Notes: generated from the sequence alone by a model not told the origin. A stretch of 63,540 nucleotides of DNA, filler included, from Octopus bimaculoides (GCF_001194135.2; 6 parts of 5 records of this genome joined end to end with filler, not necessarily neighbours in it), one strand, 5' to 3'. Shown: positions 24,305-35,490, numbered from the whole stretch's first letter. Made by a program: numbers and translations.

Positions 24305-24510
24305 TAATGATAATAATAAAAAGGAGTTTGGAGACTTGTACATCTCCTATTTTTATTTTGCAGCATATAACAATAGCCAACACATGTTTCCACTGCAGTG
24401 ACTGCACACTGTTGCAATATTGTCAGAGCAGTTTCAATACAAATTAATAAACACCAGATAAAAACAAACCCCGAGATGTCTACACACTCACAACTGGACT
24501 TTTAGACAAT
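24305..24510 (-). mobile_element. Diverged 3' end of a CR1/L2-group LINE (family H)
   Basis: Minus strand gtggaaacatgtgttggctattgttatatgctg..caaaataaaaataggagatgtacaagtctcc then ATT-rich tail; aligns with 25195-25270 (+). Confidence 0.6.
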
Positions 24511-24550
24511 AGAAATGAATATATTACACAATATATTTAATATTAATAAA

Positions 24551-24947
24551 GTAGGCGTAGGAGTGGCTGTGTGGTAAGTAGCTTGCTTACCAACCATATG
24601 GTTCCGGGTTCATTCCCTCTGCATGACACCTTGGGCAAGTGTCTTCTACTATAGCCTCGAGCCGACCAAAGCCTTATGAGTGGATTTGGTAGACGGAAAC
24701 TGAAAGAAGCCCGTCGTATATAGTTATATATATATATGTGTGTGTGTGTCTGTGTTTGTCCCCCAACATCGCTTGACAACCGATGCTGGTGTGTTAACGT
24801 CCCCGTAACTTAGCGGTTCAGCAAAAGGGACTGATAGAATAAGTACTAGGCTTACAAAGAATAAGTCCTGAGGTCGAATTACTCGACTAAAGGCGGTGCC
24901 CCAGCATGGCCGCAGTCAAATGACTGAAACAAGTAACAGAGTAAAAG
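24551..24947 (+). mobile_element. Full-length SINE family B
   Basis: tRNA-like head ggagtggctgtgtggtaag..ggttccgggttcattcc, ccttgggcaagt block, internal (TA)/(TG) microsatellite, tail gactgaaacaagtaacagagtaaaag. Confidence 0.95.
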
Positions 24948-24954
24948 TAGGGGG

Positions 24955-25276
24955 CCAAACCCTAACGAAAAATGAATTTAAACACACTCTGAACCAATCA
25001 TAGCGCTGACGGCTATTAAGACAGACTAAGAACATTACAAAAACAACAGCCCCAACCTTGACCTATTTTAGGGCCAAGTTTCCCACCTGCCCCGTCCACA
25101 ATGGAAGTGAGTTATGGGTCAGATTTCTGTAACTATAAATAGCAACATCCCTACCTTCTATAAAATACTATCTAACAAAAACTTCCTTCAACCAGTTGAA
25201 CCATGTGTAGGTCATTGTAATATGCTGTATCTAATAATTGCAAAATAAATATTGTGGATGTACAAGTCTCTATTAT

Positions 25277-25306
<30 letters not shown>
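24955..25306 (+). mobile_element. CR1/L2-group LINE, ORF2 C-terminus plus 3' UTR plus (ATT)n tail (family H)
   Basis: HNGSELWVRFL*L*IATSLPSIKYYL fits the GxxLWNxLP..SLxxFKxxL spacing; (ATT)n at 25271-25306. Confidence 0.65.
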
Positions 25307-25307
<1 letters not shown>

Positions 25308-25327
25308 ATGCTGTGTATAAATATATT

Positions 25328-25682
25328 CTTTTATTCTTTTGCTTGCTTCAGTGATGTTACTGTGACCATGCTTGAACACCGCCTTAAAGAGTGTTAGTTG
25401 AAGAAACCGACCCCAGGACTTATTCTTTGTAAGTACTTATTCTATCAGTTTCCTTAGCCGAACTGCTAGGTTACGGGGATATAAACACACCAACACCGGT
25501 TGTCAAGCAATGGCAGGTGAACAAACACACACATATATATATATACGATGGGCTTCTTTCTGTTTCCATCTACCAAATCCACTCACAAGGCTTAGGTCGA
25601 CCTGAGGCCATAGTAGAAGACATTTGCCCAAGGTGCCATGCAGTGGGACTGAACCTGGAACCATGTGGTTGGGAAGCAAGCT
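25328..25682 (-). mobile_element. SINE family B, near full length
   Basis: Reverse complement of the 24551-24947 blocks. Confidence 0.9.
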
Positions 25683-25986
25683 TATATATATATATATATA
25701 TATATATGTATCTATNNNNNNNNNNNNNNNNNNNNNNNNNNNNNNNNNNNNNNNNNNNNNNNNNNNNNNNNNNNNNNNNNNNNNNNNNNNNNNNNNNNNN
25801 NNNNNNNNNNNNNNNNNNNNNNNNNNNNNNNNNNNNNNNNNNNNNNNNNNNNNNNNNNNNNNNNNNNNNNNNNNNNNNNNNNNNNNNNNNNNNNNNNNNN
25901 NNNNNNNNNNNNNNNNNNNNNNNNNNNNNNNNNNNNNNNNNNNNNNNNNNNNNNNNNNNNNNNNNNNNNNNNNNNNNNNNNNNNNN

Positions 25987-26290
25987 GCCTAGCACTTAAT
26001 CTATCAGTCCTTTTTTGCCGAACCGCTAAGTGACAGGGATGTAAACACACCAAACATCGGTTGTCATGCGATGTTGGGGGGACAGACACAAACAACAAAC
26101 ACACACACACATACACATACATATATATATACATATACGACGCGCTTCTTTCAGTTTCCATCTCCCAAATCCACTCACAAGTCTTTGGTTGGCCCGAGGC
26201 TATAGTAGAAGACACTTGCCCAAGGTGCCACGCAGTTGGACTGAACCTGGAACCATGTGGTTGGTATGCAAGCTACTTACCACAAAGCCA
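25987..26290 (-). mobile_element. SINE family B
   Basis: ttttttgccgaaccgctaag ... cttaccacaaagccac. Confidence 0.9.
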
Positions 26291-26314
26291 CATATTTATA
26301 TATATATATAAAAC

Positions 26315-26545
26315 AATTATAATGATAGAAAATATGGAGACTGGATCACCTTCAAAATATATTTCCCTTCATTTTACAATGTCATACAGCATATTTCTAC
26401 AGTTATGACGACCTACACAGGTTTCCACTGCACAGACTATGTGCAACTGGGTGTAATTTTCTGTGCAGCTTCATTTAAGGTCTTTCAACCAGCTTGGCAT
26501 GCAGTTAGCCATAAACTGGAACATAACTGAGAGCTACCATGGTAT
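26315..26545 (-). mobile_element. Diverged 3' end of a CR1/L2-group LINE (family H)
   Basis: Minus strand agttatgttccagtttatgg ... gtggaaacctgtgtaggtc..aatatgctgtat..ccagtctccatatt. Confidence 0.55.
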
Positions 26546-26604
26546 CTGTACGGATAATACATTCCCCTCTTAACACACACACACACACACGTATGTGTTT
26601 ATGC

Positions 26605-26891
26605 AGGTTGACCAAAGCCTTGTGAGTGGATTTGGGAGACGGAAACTGAAAGCCCTTCGTATATAGGTATGTGTGTGTGTGTGTATGTTTATTTGTCTGT
26701 GTTTGTCCCCCCAACATCGCTTGACAACCGATGCTGGTGTGTTTACAACCCCGTAACCTAGCAGTTCGGCAAAAGAGACCAATAGAATAAGTACTCGGCT
26801 TACAAAGAATAAGTCCTGGGGTTGTTTTGCTCGACTAAAGGCGGTGCTCCAGCATGGCCACAGTCAAAAAGACTGAAACAAATGAAAGAAT
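26605..26891 (+). mobile_element. SINE family B, 5'-truncated
   Basis: accaaagccttgtgagtggatttgg ... gactgaaacaaatgaaaga. Confidence 0.9.
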
Positions 26892-27365
26892 ATATATAGT
26901 ACACTGTTGTGGAGAGATTTGGCTGTACTTTCTAGCATGGAAAATGACCNNNNNNNNNNNNNNNNNNNNNNNNNNNNNNNNNNNNNNNNNNNNNNNNNNN
27001 NNNNNNNNNNNNNNNNNNNNNNNNNNNNNNNNNNNNNNNNNNNNNNNNNNNNNNNNNNNNNNNNNNNNNNNNNNNNNNNNNNNNNNNNNNNNNNNNNNNN
27101 NNNNNNNNNNNNNNNNNNNNNNNNNNNNNNNNNNNNNNNNNNNNNNNNNNNNNNNNNNNNNNNNNNNNNNNNNNNNNNNNNNNNNNNNNNNNNNNNNNNN
27201 NNNNNNNNNNNNNNNNNNNNNNNNNNNNNNNNNNNNNNNNNNNNNNNNNNNNNNNNNNNNNNNNNNNATGAAGAAAGATCAAAGGAAAGTGTCTGCTGAG
27301 GGCGGAGGAGAAGAGGTGAAAGGGGAGGAGGGGGGTTGAGTTTCGTTTTAATGTACTTTATGTCA

Positions 27366-27727
27366 TTTAACCCCAGGATAGTCCTGATCCAGGCAGGCAC
27401 CAATTTTTATTCAGGCATAGTGTACCTAGGACTACATTATCTAATGTACAGTATAGGAGTTAGTATTAATAGCTATAGTTTTAGCCCCAGGTCAGTCCTG
27501 ATCCAGACAGACCTATGATCAAAGACGTTCCCCCTGTGACCATCCCATCTTTTATTCAGGCATAGTGTATCTAGGACTACATTATCGAATGTATAGTATA
27601 GGAGTTAGTATTAGTGGTTATAGTTGTTGTTTAACCCCAGGTCAGTTTGCCGGGAGGCGAGGTATTCCTAGATGTACTTGCACCACAATTAGACAGGATG
27701 GTCATGGCTAGAACGCTTATTGATCAC
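27366..27727. mobile_element. Tandem family F units (minus) followed by an inverted F fragment (plus, 27690-27727)
   Basis: ccccagg..agtcctgatccag starts at ~27370 and ~27486 with a third partial start at ~27635; duplicated tttattcaggcatagtgta.ctaggactacattatc; agacaggatggtcatggctagaacgcttattgatca on plus. Confidence 0.75.
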
Positions 27728-27829
27728 CAACACCGCTGCGCATACCAAACAAACAAACAAACACACCGGCAGCTCTCTGCAAATAAAAAAAAACCAAAAA
27801 AAAAAAACCAATGTCTCACTCCTCACCGC

Positions 27830-29072
27830 CACAACCACCATACTACCCCGGCGCTCCAGCCCCGACCACCATCCCCACCACCACCANNNNNNNNNNNNNN
27901 NNNNNNNNNNNNNNNNNNNNNNNNNNNNNNNNNNNNNNNNNNNNNNNNNNNNNNNNNNNNNNNNNNNNNNNNNNNNNNNNNNNNNNNNNNNNNNNNNNNN
28001 NNNNNNNNNNNNNNNNNNNNNNNNNNNNNNNNNNNNNNNNNNNNNNNNNNNNNNNNNNNNNNNNNNNNNNNNNNNNNNNNNNNNNNNNNNNNNNNNNNNN
28101 NNNNNNNNNNNNNNNNNNNNNNNNNNNNNNNNNNNNNNNNNNNNNNNNNNNNNNNNNNNNNNNNNNNNNNNNNNNNNNNNNNNNNNNNNNNNNNNNNNNN
28201 NNNNNNNNNNNNNNNNNNNNNNNNNNNNNNNNNNNNNNNNNNNNNNNNNNNNNNNNNNNNNNNNNNNNNNNNNNNNNNNNNNNNNNNNNNNNNNNNNNTG
28301 GTGGTAGTAGTAGTGGTGGTGGTGGTGGTGGTAGTGGTGGTGGTGGTGGTGGTGGTAGTAGTAGTCGTGGTGGTGGTAGTAGTAGTCGTGGTGGTAGTAG
28401 TAGTGATGGTGGTAGTAGTAGTAGTGGTGGCGGTAGTGTGGTGAAGTTTCAACAGGGTGTTTTCATGGTGGCGGTGTCGTATTTACAGTGTCTGTCTGTG
28501 TCAGACATTTGACAACAAACACTCTTCCAAGCCACGGTGCTCCCCCCAACCACCTCAACATCACACTGTCTCACTTCCTCTTGCTACACCCCCCACTCTC
28601 CTCTTTCCTCTGAGACAGCAGCGCTAGGAAAGGGGGGGAATGACTGCTGCAGCAGTGGTGGTTATGGTGGTGGTAGTGGCGGTGGNNNNNNNNNNGGGGG
28701 AATGACTGCTGCAGCAGTGGTGGTTATGGTGGTGGTAGTGGCGGTGGTGGTAGTAGTGGTGGTCATGGTGGTGGTAGTGGCGGTGGTGGTGGTGGTGGTG
28801 GTTATGGTGGTGGTAGTGGTAGTAGTGGCAGTAGTCGTAGTGGTGGTGATGGTTGCCATACTGATAGAAAGTAGTGGTGGTAGTGATGCTGGTATAGTAG
28901 AAATGATGGTGTTGGTGGTAGTACTACAGTATTGGCAGCAGTATGATAGTGTCATTGACGTGTGAGTAGTGTGGCGGATGTGTTGGTGGTGGTTGTATTG
29001 TGGTGTCATTAACATTGTGTCTTGGTGGTAGTAGAAGTATTTGTGGTGGGTGGGTGTGAGGTGGCTGTAGCT
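27830..29072. repeat. (CAC)n, gap, then long compound (GTG/GTA)n arrays
   Basis: Visible; source of the poly-V/T/G ORFs. Confidence 0.9.
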
Positions 29073-29138
29073 GTTGTTTAGCCCCAGGTCAGTCCTGATC
29101 CAGACAGACCTATGATCAAAGATGTTCCAGCCGTGACC
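29073..29138 (-). mobile_element. Family F 3' end
   Basis: gttgtttagccccaggtcagtcctgatccagacagacctatgatcaaagatgttccagccgtgacc. Confidence 0.8.
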
Positions 29139-29139
29139 A

Positions 29140-29349
29140 AAGATTTGTATGTGGATATGGTAGATGGAAACTGAAAGAATCCTGTGTGGGTCTTTGTGAC
29201 TACATTTGCCTTCAACCACTGCAGGACAACCAATGTTGATGTGTCTACACCTCTTTAACTTAGCAGTTCAGCAAAAGAGACTGACAAAATAATTACCAAG
29301 TTACAGATTAAAACAAAAAAACCTAGAAGCAGTCAATTTGGTGGTGGTG

Positions 29350-29381
<32 letters not shown>

Positions 29382-29409
29382 GGTGGTGGTAGTAGTAGTA
29401 GTGGTGGTT

Positions 29410-29441
<32 letters not shown>

Positions 29442-29506
29442 GGTGGTTGTAGTAGTGGCAGTGCCCCCAGCATGACCATGGGCTAAGGATTGACACAAGT
29501 AAAAAA
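29140..29506 (+). mobile_element. SINE family B pieces split by a (GTA/GTG)n array (29338-29460)
   Basis: ggatatggtagatggaaactgaaagaa ... cagcaaaagagac ... gtgcccccagcatgacc..gacacaagtaaaaaaga. Confidence 0.7.
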
Positions 29507-29611
29507 GACACATACACATAGGTGAGTTTGTACGTAATGGTTGTAAACAAGCATCACCGTCATACAAGCGGTGTCCCTAATTTCCAATCTTCTCAGACAT
29601 GTCTCTGGTTA

Positions 29612-29820
29612 CCATCATCACCATTTAACATCCGCTTCCCATGCTGGCATGGGTTGGACGGTTTGGCTGAAAACTGATGAGTCGGGTGGCTGCACCAGGT
29701 TCCAATCCGATTTGGCAAGGTTTCTACAGCTGGATGCTCTTCCTAACACCAACCACTCCCAAGAGTGCCACTGACCTGACACTGGCATCGGCCACAACTA
29801 CAGTCTCACTTTGCTTGAAA
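29612..29820 (-). mobile_element. Retroposon family C
   Basis: catcatcaccatttaacatccgcttcccatgctggcatgggttggacgg ... ggatgctcttcctaacaccaacc. Confidence 0.85.
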
Positions 29821-29827
29821 GTGAGCA

Positions 29828-29935
29828 GAAAAGGCAGAGTGGACTTTAGCAGGATTTGAACTCAGAACATAAAGATGGACGGAAAACTGCTAAGCCCTTC
29901 GCCGGCCATGCTAACAATTCTGTCAGCTCACCGCC
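29828..29935 (-). mobile_element. SINE family A, 5' half
   Basis: Minus strand ggcggtgagctgacagaattgttagc...gttctgagttcaaatcc. Confidence 0.85.
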
Positions 29936-29958
29936 ATAATAATAATAATAATAATAAT

Positions 29959-30537
29959 ACGACAGAGCTGTGACCTATATACACTGGAAGCTATGCCAAC
30001 ACTATGGAATAACAACAGAAAAAAGATGGTATAAACACACGCCAGAAAAGGTCACAGAAAACAAGAAAGAAACCATACTCTGGGATATGCCAATACACAC
30101 AGATAGAGAAATTAAGGCCAATAGACCAGATATAGTTGTCAAAGATCATGAAGAAAAAAAATGCTTTCTAATTGGTTTATCAATACCAGCAGATGACAAC
30201 GTTTCTCGAAAAGAAATGGAAAAACTTTCAAACTACAAAGACCTGGAAATAGAGGTAACTCGAATGTGGAATCTAAAAACAGAAACAATTCCTATCATAG
30301 TAGGTGCCTTAGGTATAATAAAAAAATATTCAGACAAATACATAACAAAAACACCAGGACTTACAAATATATATAACATACAGAAAATTGCACTACTGGG
30401 TACTGCACACATCCTACGCAAAACACTTTCAATACAGTAAACATAAGAGCACCACAGCAAACCACAGCACATACCCAAGGCGCACAGAGCTGCGCTCGGT
30501 AGTGAAGTGAAAGCACGTTATGAAAATAAATCTACTG
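29959..30537 (+). mobile_element. 5'-truncated R4/Dong-type LINE inserted in (TAA)n
   Basis: ORF 29970-30440: ILWDMPIHTDREIKANRPDIVVKDHEEKKCFLIGLSIP...EKLSNYKDL, a restriction-like endonuclease PD-(D/E)xK region with likely inactivating changes; (AAT)n on both sides. Confidence 0.95.
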
Positions 30538-30548
30538 AATAATAATAA

Positions 30549-31130
30549 CTCTTTCTACAACAGGCACAAGGCCTGAAATTTGGGGGAGGGGACCAGTCGA
30601 TTAGATCAACCCCAGAATGCAACTGGTATTTAATTTATCGACCCTGAAAGGATGAAAGGCAAAGTTGACCTCGGCGGAATTTGAACTCAGAATATAGCAG
30701 CAGATGAAATATTGTTATATCCGAATACTTCGGAAGGTGCTCGAAAAATTAGGGGTGTTACCTTAGTTCACTGGTAGTGAACAGCTGACACCGTAGTACA
30801 GCTCCAGCGTTAGAAGCTGTGCAAAGGCAATGATAATAATAATAACCCTTTCTACTATAGGCACAAGGCCTGAAATTTGCAGTGAGGGGGACCAGTTGAT
30901 TTTATTGACCCCCAGTGTTTCGCTGGTAACTTAATCTATCGACTCCAAAAGGATAAAAAGTAAATTTGATGTCAGCAGAATTTGAACTCAGAACACAGGG
31001 GCAGACAAAATACTGCTAAACATTTCGCCCAGCATCCTAACGATTCTACCAGCTCGCAGATAATAATAATGATGGCTTCAAATTTTGGCACAAGGCCAGC
31101 AAATTTGAAGGAAGGGGATTAAGTCGATCA
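30549..31130 (-). mobile_element. Three SINE A copies (30549-30712, 30846-31057, 31075-31130) each abutting (ATT)n
   Basis: Repeated gcacaaggcc...aaattt tails; gaatttgaactcagaa B-box block in the two longer copies. Confidence 0.9.
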
Positions 31131-31149
31131 GAAAATATCTCTATATGTC

Positions 31150-31365
31150 TATATTCGTTTATTTGTTTCAATCATTTGACTGCGGCCATGCTGGAGCACC
31201 GCCACCTTTAGTCAAACATGATCGACCCGAGGACTTATTCTTTGTAAGCCTGATACTTATTCTATCAGTCTCTCTTACCGAGCTGCTAAATTACAGGGAC
31301 GTAAACACACCAACATCGGATGTCAAGCAGTGGTGGCGGGTGACAAACACAGACACACAAATATA
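31150..31365 (-). mobile_element. SINE family B, 3' half
   Basis: ttgtttcaatcatttgactgcggccatgctggagcaccgcc. Confidence 0.9.
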
Positions 31366-32337
31366 TATATATATATATATATATGTACAANNNNNNNNNN
31401 NNNNNNNNNNNNNNNNNNNNNNNNNNNNNNNNNNNNNNNNNNNNNNNNNNNNNNNNNNNNNNNNNNNNNNNNNNNNNNNNNNNNNNNNNNNNNNNNNNNN
31501 NNNNNNNNNNNNNNNNNNNNNNNNNNNNNNNNNNNNNNNNNNNNNNNNNNNNNNNNNNNNNNNNNNNNNNNNNNNNNNNNNNNNNNNNNNNNNNNNNNNN
31601 NNNNNNNNNNNNNNNNNNNNNNNNNNNNNNNNNNNNNNNNNNNNNNNNNNNNNNNNNNNNNNNNNNNNNNNNNNNNNNNNNNNNNNNNNNNNNNNNNNNN
31701 NNNNNNNNNNNNNNNNNNNNNNNNNNNNNNNNNNNNNNNNNNNNNNNNNNNNNNNNNNNNNNNNNNNNNNNNNNNNNNNNNNNNNNNNNNNNNNNNNNNN
31801 NNNNNNNNNNNNNNNNNNNNNNNNNNNNNNNNNNNNNNNNNNNNNNCACACACACACACACAGGGGCACATACAGACATGCACACATACCAAACTACAAA
31901 CTCGGGATTTGCAGTCACCAATGAGTAGCGCAACTGAAATTATGGATTATCAATGGACGGCAGGGGGGGGGGGGTAATTGTGTTTAAGGTGAAAATAATA
32001 GGATACCCCCCCCCACCAACACACACACACCCTGTTCCAGATGTGTTGACAGTCTGAAGTTATGGCAAGTTGAAATGTGACCACCATCATGAAGAATGGG
32101 GTCCCAGCTCCCTTTTCTCTGTAGCGCTTGGGTGGTAGGATAAATAGTCACAGTGGTGTCTAAGGGGACACACACACCCCGCATCCCTTCACCCCACCAC
32201 CACTTGATGAACGAGGGGGGGGGAATTAATAACTACATTAATTTTTATATGTATATATATATATATATATTTTTCTGGATTCGAACAGTCTGGTGTTCTT
32301 TGTGAATGAAAAACCATGCCTTTTTCTTTCTAACTAT

Positions 32338-32500
32338 CTGTGTGTGTGTGCGATTGTCTCCCTACCATTGCTTGACACCTGATGTTGGTGTGTTTGTGTC
32401 CCCATAACTCAGTGGTTCGGCAAAAAAGAGACCGATAGAATAAGCACTAGGCTTACAAAGAATAAGTCCTGGGGTCAATATCTTCGACTAAAGGTGGTGC
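32338..32500 (+). mobile_element. SINE family B, 3' half
   Basis: gatagaataagcactaggcttacaaagaataagtcctggggtc. Confidence 0.85.
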
Positions 32501-32602
32501 TCCAGCATGACCATAAACAAATGCATAATAGAATAAAAGAATACATACACATACATATATAAATAATTATTTGGACTTTGGTTTTAAGTTCGGTGTTTAC
32601 CA

Positions 32603-32830
32603 TTAACCCTTTTGAGACCAACCCGGCTGAAACCACCTCTGGCTTTGTATTACAAATGTCTTGTTTTCATCAGTTTTGAATTAAAATCTTCCAAACTTTA
32701 GTCACAATTTATGTTCCTAACACTAGCTTAATGATAATTAAGTTATTTTACTAAATTCTTTGTTATATTTAAAATTAATTGAAGGAAACACAGAGCATCT
32801 CAACAGAAATATGGTAACAAATAAGGTTAA
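32603..32830. mobile_element. piggyBac-like MITE, copy 1
   Basis: TTAA-ccctttt ... aagg-TTAA termini. Confidence 0.75.
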
Positions 32831-32907
32831 AGACAGTCAGTCAAATGTGCCTTCAGTTTGCACAAGATTTGGCTGCTATTTCTAGCAATTGAAACAAAAT
32901 CGGCAAA

Positions 32908-33490
32908 TTTACCATTTTGATGCCAACCTGGCTGAAACTGGCTCTGGTTCTGTAGTACAAAAGTCTTGTTTTCATAAGTTTTAGATTAAAATCTTCCACC
33001 AAACCTTAATCACAATTTATGTTCCTAACACCAGCTGAATGATAACAAAGTTATTTTACTAAATTCTTTGCTCTGGCACTACCAGTGCCACTTTACTGGC
33101 ACTTGTGCCAGTAGTATGTGGAAAGCAACATTCGAGCGAGGGCAATGCCAGTGCCGCTGGACTGGCTCCTGTGCAGGTGGCACGTAAAAATACCATTTGA
33201 GCTTGGCCGTTGCCAGTACCACCTGACTGGACCTCATGCCGGTGGCACGTAAAAGCACCCACTACACTCTCTGAGTGGTTTGGCATTAGGAAGGGCATCC
33301 AGCTGTAGAAACTCTGCCAGGTCAGACTGGAGCCTGGTGCAGGCATCTGGTTCATCAGTCCTCAGTCAAACCGTCCAACCTATGCCAGCATGGGAAGCGG
33401 ACGTTTAACAATGATGATGATGATGATATTTAAAATTAAACGAAGGAAACACAGAGCATCTCAACCGAAATACGGTTACGAAAGGGTTAA
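32908..33490. mobile_element. piggyBac-like MITE, copy 2, interrupted by family C
   Basis: Aligns with copy 1 up to aaattctttg (33070) and resumes atatttaaaatt (~33426); ends aaagggTTAA. Confidence 0.8.
33071..33425 (+). mobile_element. Retroposon family C nested in the MITE
   Basis: gtggcacgtaaaa repeats, ggcattaggaagggcatccagctgtagaaactctgcc, (GAT)n tail. Confidence 0.85.
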
Positions 33491-33642
33491 AGTACTTTCA
33501 CGATTTAGGCTTCCTGATGTCATCCACAATTATGATATAAACTGTCACTGGATCTACGTCAGAAATTCATTGAGTTTATAATGAATGAGGGAAATGGAAA
33601 ATGGAATTGGCAAGAATCATATATATATATATATATATATAC

Positions 33643-33707
<65 letters not shown>

Positions 33708-33751
33708 NNNNNNNNNNNNNNNNNNNNNNNNNNNNNNNNNNNNNNNNNNNN

Positions 33752-33763
33752 TTAATTAATTAA
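33752..33763. other. Assembly linker TTAATTAATTAA
   Basis: 44 N on each side. Confidence 0.95.
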
Positions 33764-33897
33764 NNNNNNNNNNNNNNNNNNNNNNNNNNNNNNNNNNNNN
33801 NNNNNNNTTTTTCCTTCCCTCCCCCTCCCAAAAAGAAAAGCTCTACATTGTATTTGTCCCATCTTCGTTGAGCCCTGTGTGGCTAATAAAAGAAATG

Positions 33898-33950
<53 letters not shown>

Positions 33951-34616
33951 GTCTGTCTGTCTGTCTGATGTCTGTCTACCTGTCTGACTGTCTATCTATC
34001 TGTCTGTCCGTCTCTCTGTTTCTGTCTACCTACCTATCCATCTATCTAACTAACGAATTGTCAGCCTGTCTACCTATTTTTATATACGCATACCCATATC
34101 CTAGGTGTGTGTCTGTGTGTGTTTGTGCTTGTATATATGTGTCTCTGTGTGTGTGCATATATATAAGTGTGCATGTGTGTATGTGCGTGCAAGCGTGTGT
34201 GTGTGTGTATATGCGTACACATACAGTTACAAACATTATATACATTAACACTCTCGATTATACTCTCTCACATGTATGTATGTATGTATGTATGTTCTCA
34301 TTTATTGTAGAATTTCAGTCACTTCTTAAAGATTTTAGAACAACGTTAAAAAATGTGATTTTCTTTATCAATAGTTAAGAAGGTATGGTGCATAATTTTT
34401 GAATTCAGTCACTCATTTAGTCTATGATTCCAAGCGTTTGTAAGGCTGTATACCTCACCTCGTTTATCGTGGGGGTTTGTTTATGAATGATAAAACAAAA
34501 CGCCTTTTTCAATGTATAAATGGTAGATCAATGAAACAGTTAGGGGGAAATGGGCTACATTGCATGACTCTACGTTGACCACTGACTTACCCAAATATCG
34601 TCTCCAAACAAGTAAT

Positions 34617-34824
34617 CTTTTCTTACTCTGGCACAAAGCCAATAATTTTTGAACGGTGGGGAAGTTGATTATATCAACCTCAGTGCTTAACTGATACTCA
34701 TTTTATCGATCCCAAAAGGATAAATGGTAAAACCGACCTAGGCGGAATTTGAATTCAGCGAAAGGACGGACAAAATGCCCTTGTGCATTTTGTCCGGCGC
34801 TAACGATTCTGCTAGCTCACCGCC
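34617..34824 (-). mobile_element. Full SINE family A
   Basis: ggcacaaagcc...ttttatcgatcccaaaaggat...ggaatttgaattcag...taacgattctgctagctcaccgcc. Confidence 0.85.
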
Positions 34825-34944
34825 TTGACCACCGAGCAAATTTTAAACACACATAAGCAAATGCTCACTTGATGTCTCGTATTACATTGTGCGCATATAT
34901 ACAGGCTTGGACAAGGAGATTAAGAGTTCGTAAAAGTCAATACA

Positions 34945-35490
34945 CTTCCAATGCCACCACGTTTCTTCGGAGCAAGTCCTGCTTTAGAGGTTGATTGTGT
35001 TGGTTCGCCGCGCTCACTCACGACCATTTGTGTTTCACGTTGTTATAGACCATCCATTTTTCGTTCCGTTATCATTCTCTTCCAAAAAGATTATTTTCTT
35101 CACGTTTCTGCAAAGAATCGCAAATAGAAATCTGTTGGACCAGAGTAACCTCGGGATTCAATCATCGAGCCTGCTGACATAATCAAGTTGGTGTAGATGG
35201 TTTTTCAACACATAATTTGCATGTTTGGGAATATCGGCGATCATCGTGGTTGTACAGTGGGGTTGATGTCGACTAACTCCTTCATTTTGCTGCTGATAAT
35301 TTCGCTTGACGGTCAGAGCCAGGTGCATCTTGAGCAGAAAATTTTCCAGTCGAAATCTTGAAAAGCACTTCTAGCACACACGTTCCGTAACAACATTCAC
35401 TCCATGCACAGTGCATACCTTCCTGCAGGTTCCCACCACTTTCTTGCCTTTTTAAAAAACAAATGCATAATGTTTCTTTTGGCCCGCCAT
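34945..35490 (-). pseudogene. Mariner transposase pseudogene (N-terminal ~180 codons, frameshifted)
   Basis: KKGKKVVGTCRKVCTVHGVNVVTERVC*KCFSRFR / ICDSLQKREENN..KRMIT / WMVYNNVKHKWS..GEPTQSTSKAGLAPKK. Confidence 0.85.

Noticed and set aside
24330-26520. Repeated minus-strand peptide AVETCVG with synonymous third-position differences and PAN/apple-like Cys spacing
   Set aside because: A third, opposite-strand copy at ~25195-25270 places the block at the 3' end of a CR1/L2-like LINE next to an (ATT)n tail, and the copies contain frameshifts and stops; not formally excluded without RNA-seq
28634-28747. Exact ~52-bp direct repeat flanking a 10-N gap
   Set aside because: Typical unmerged contig overlap, so probably an assembly artefact
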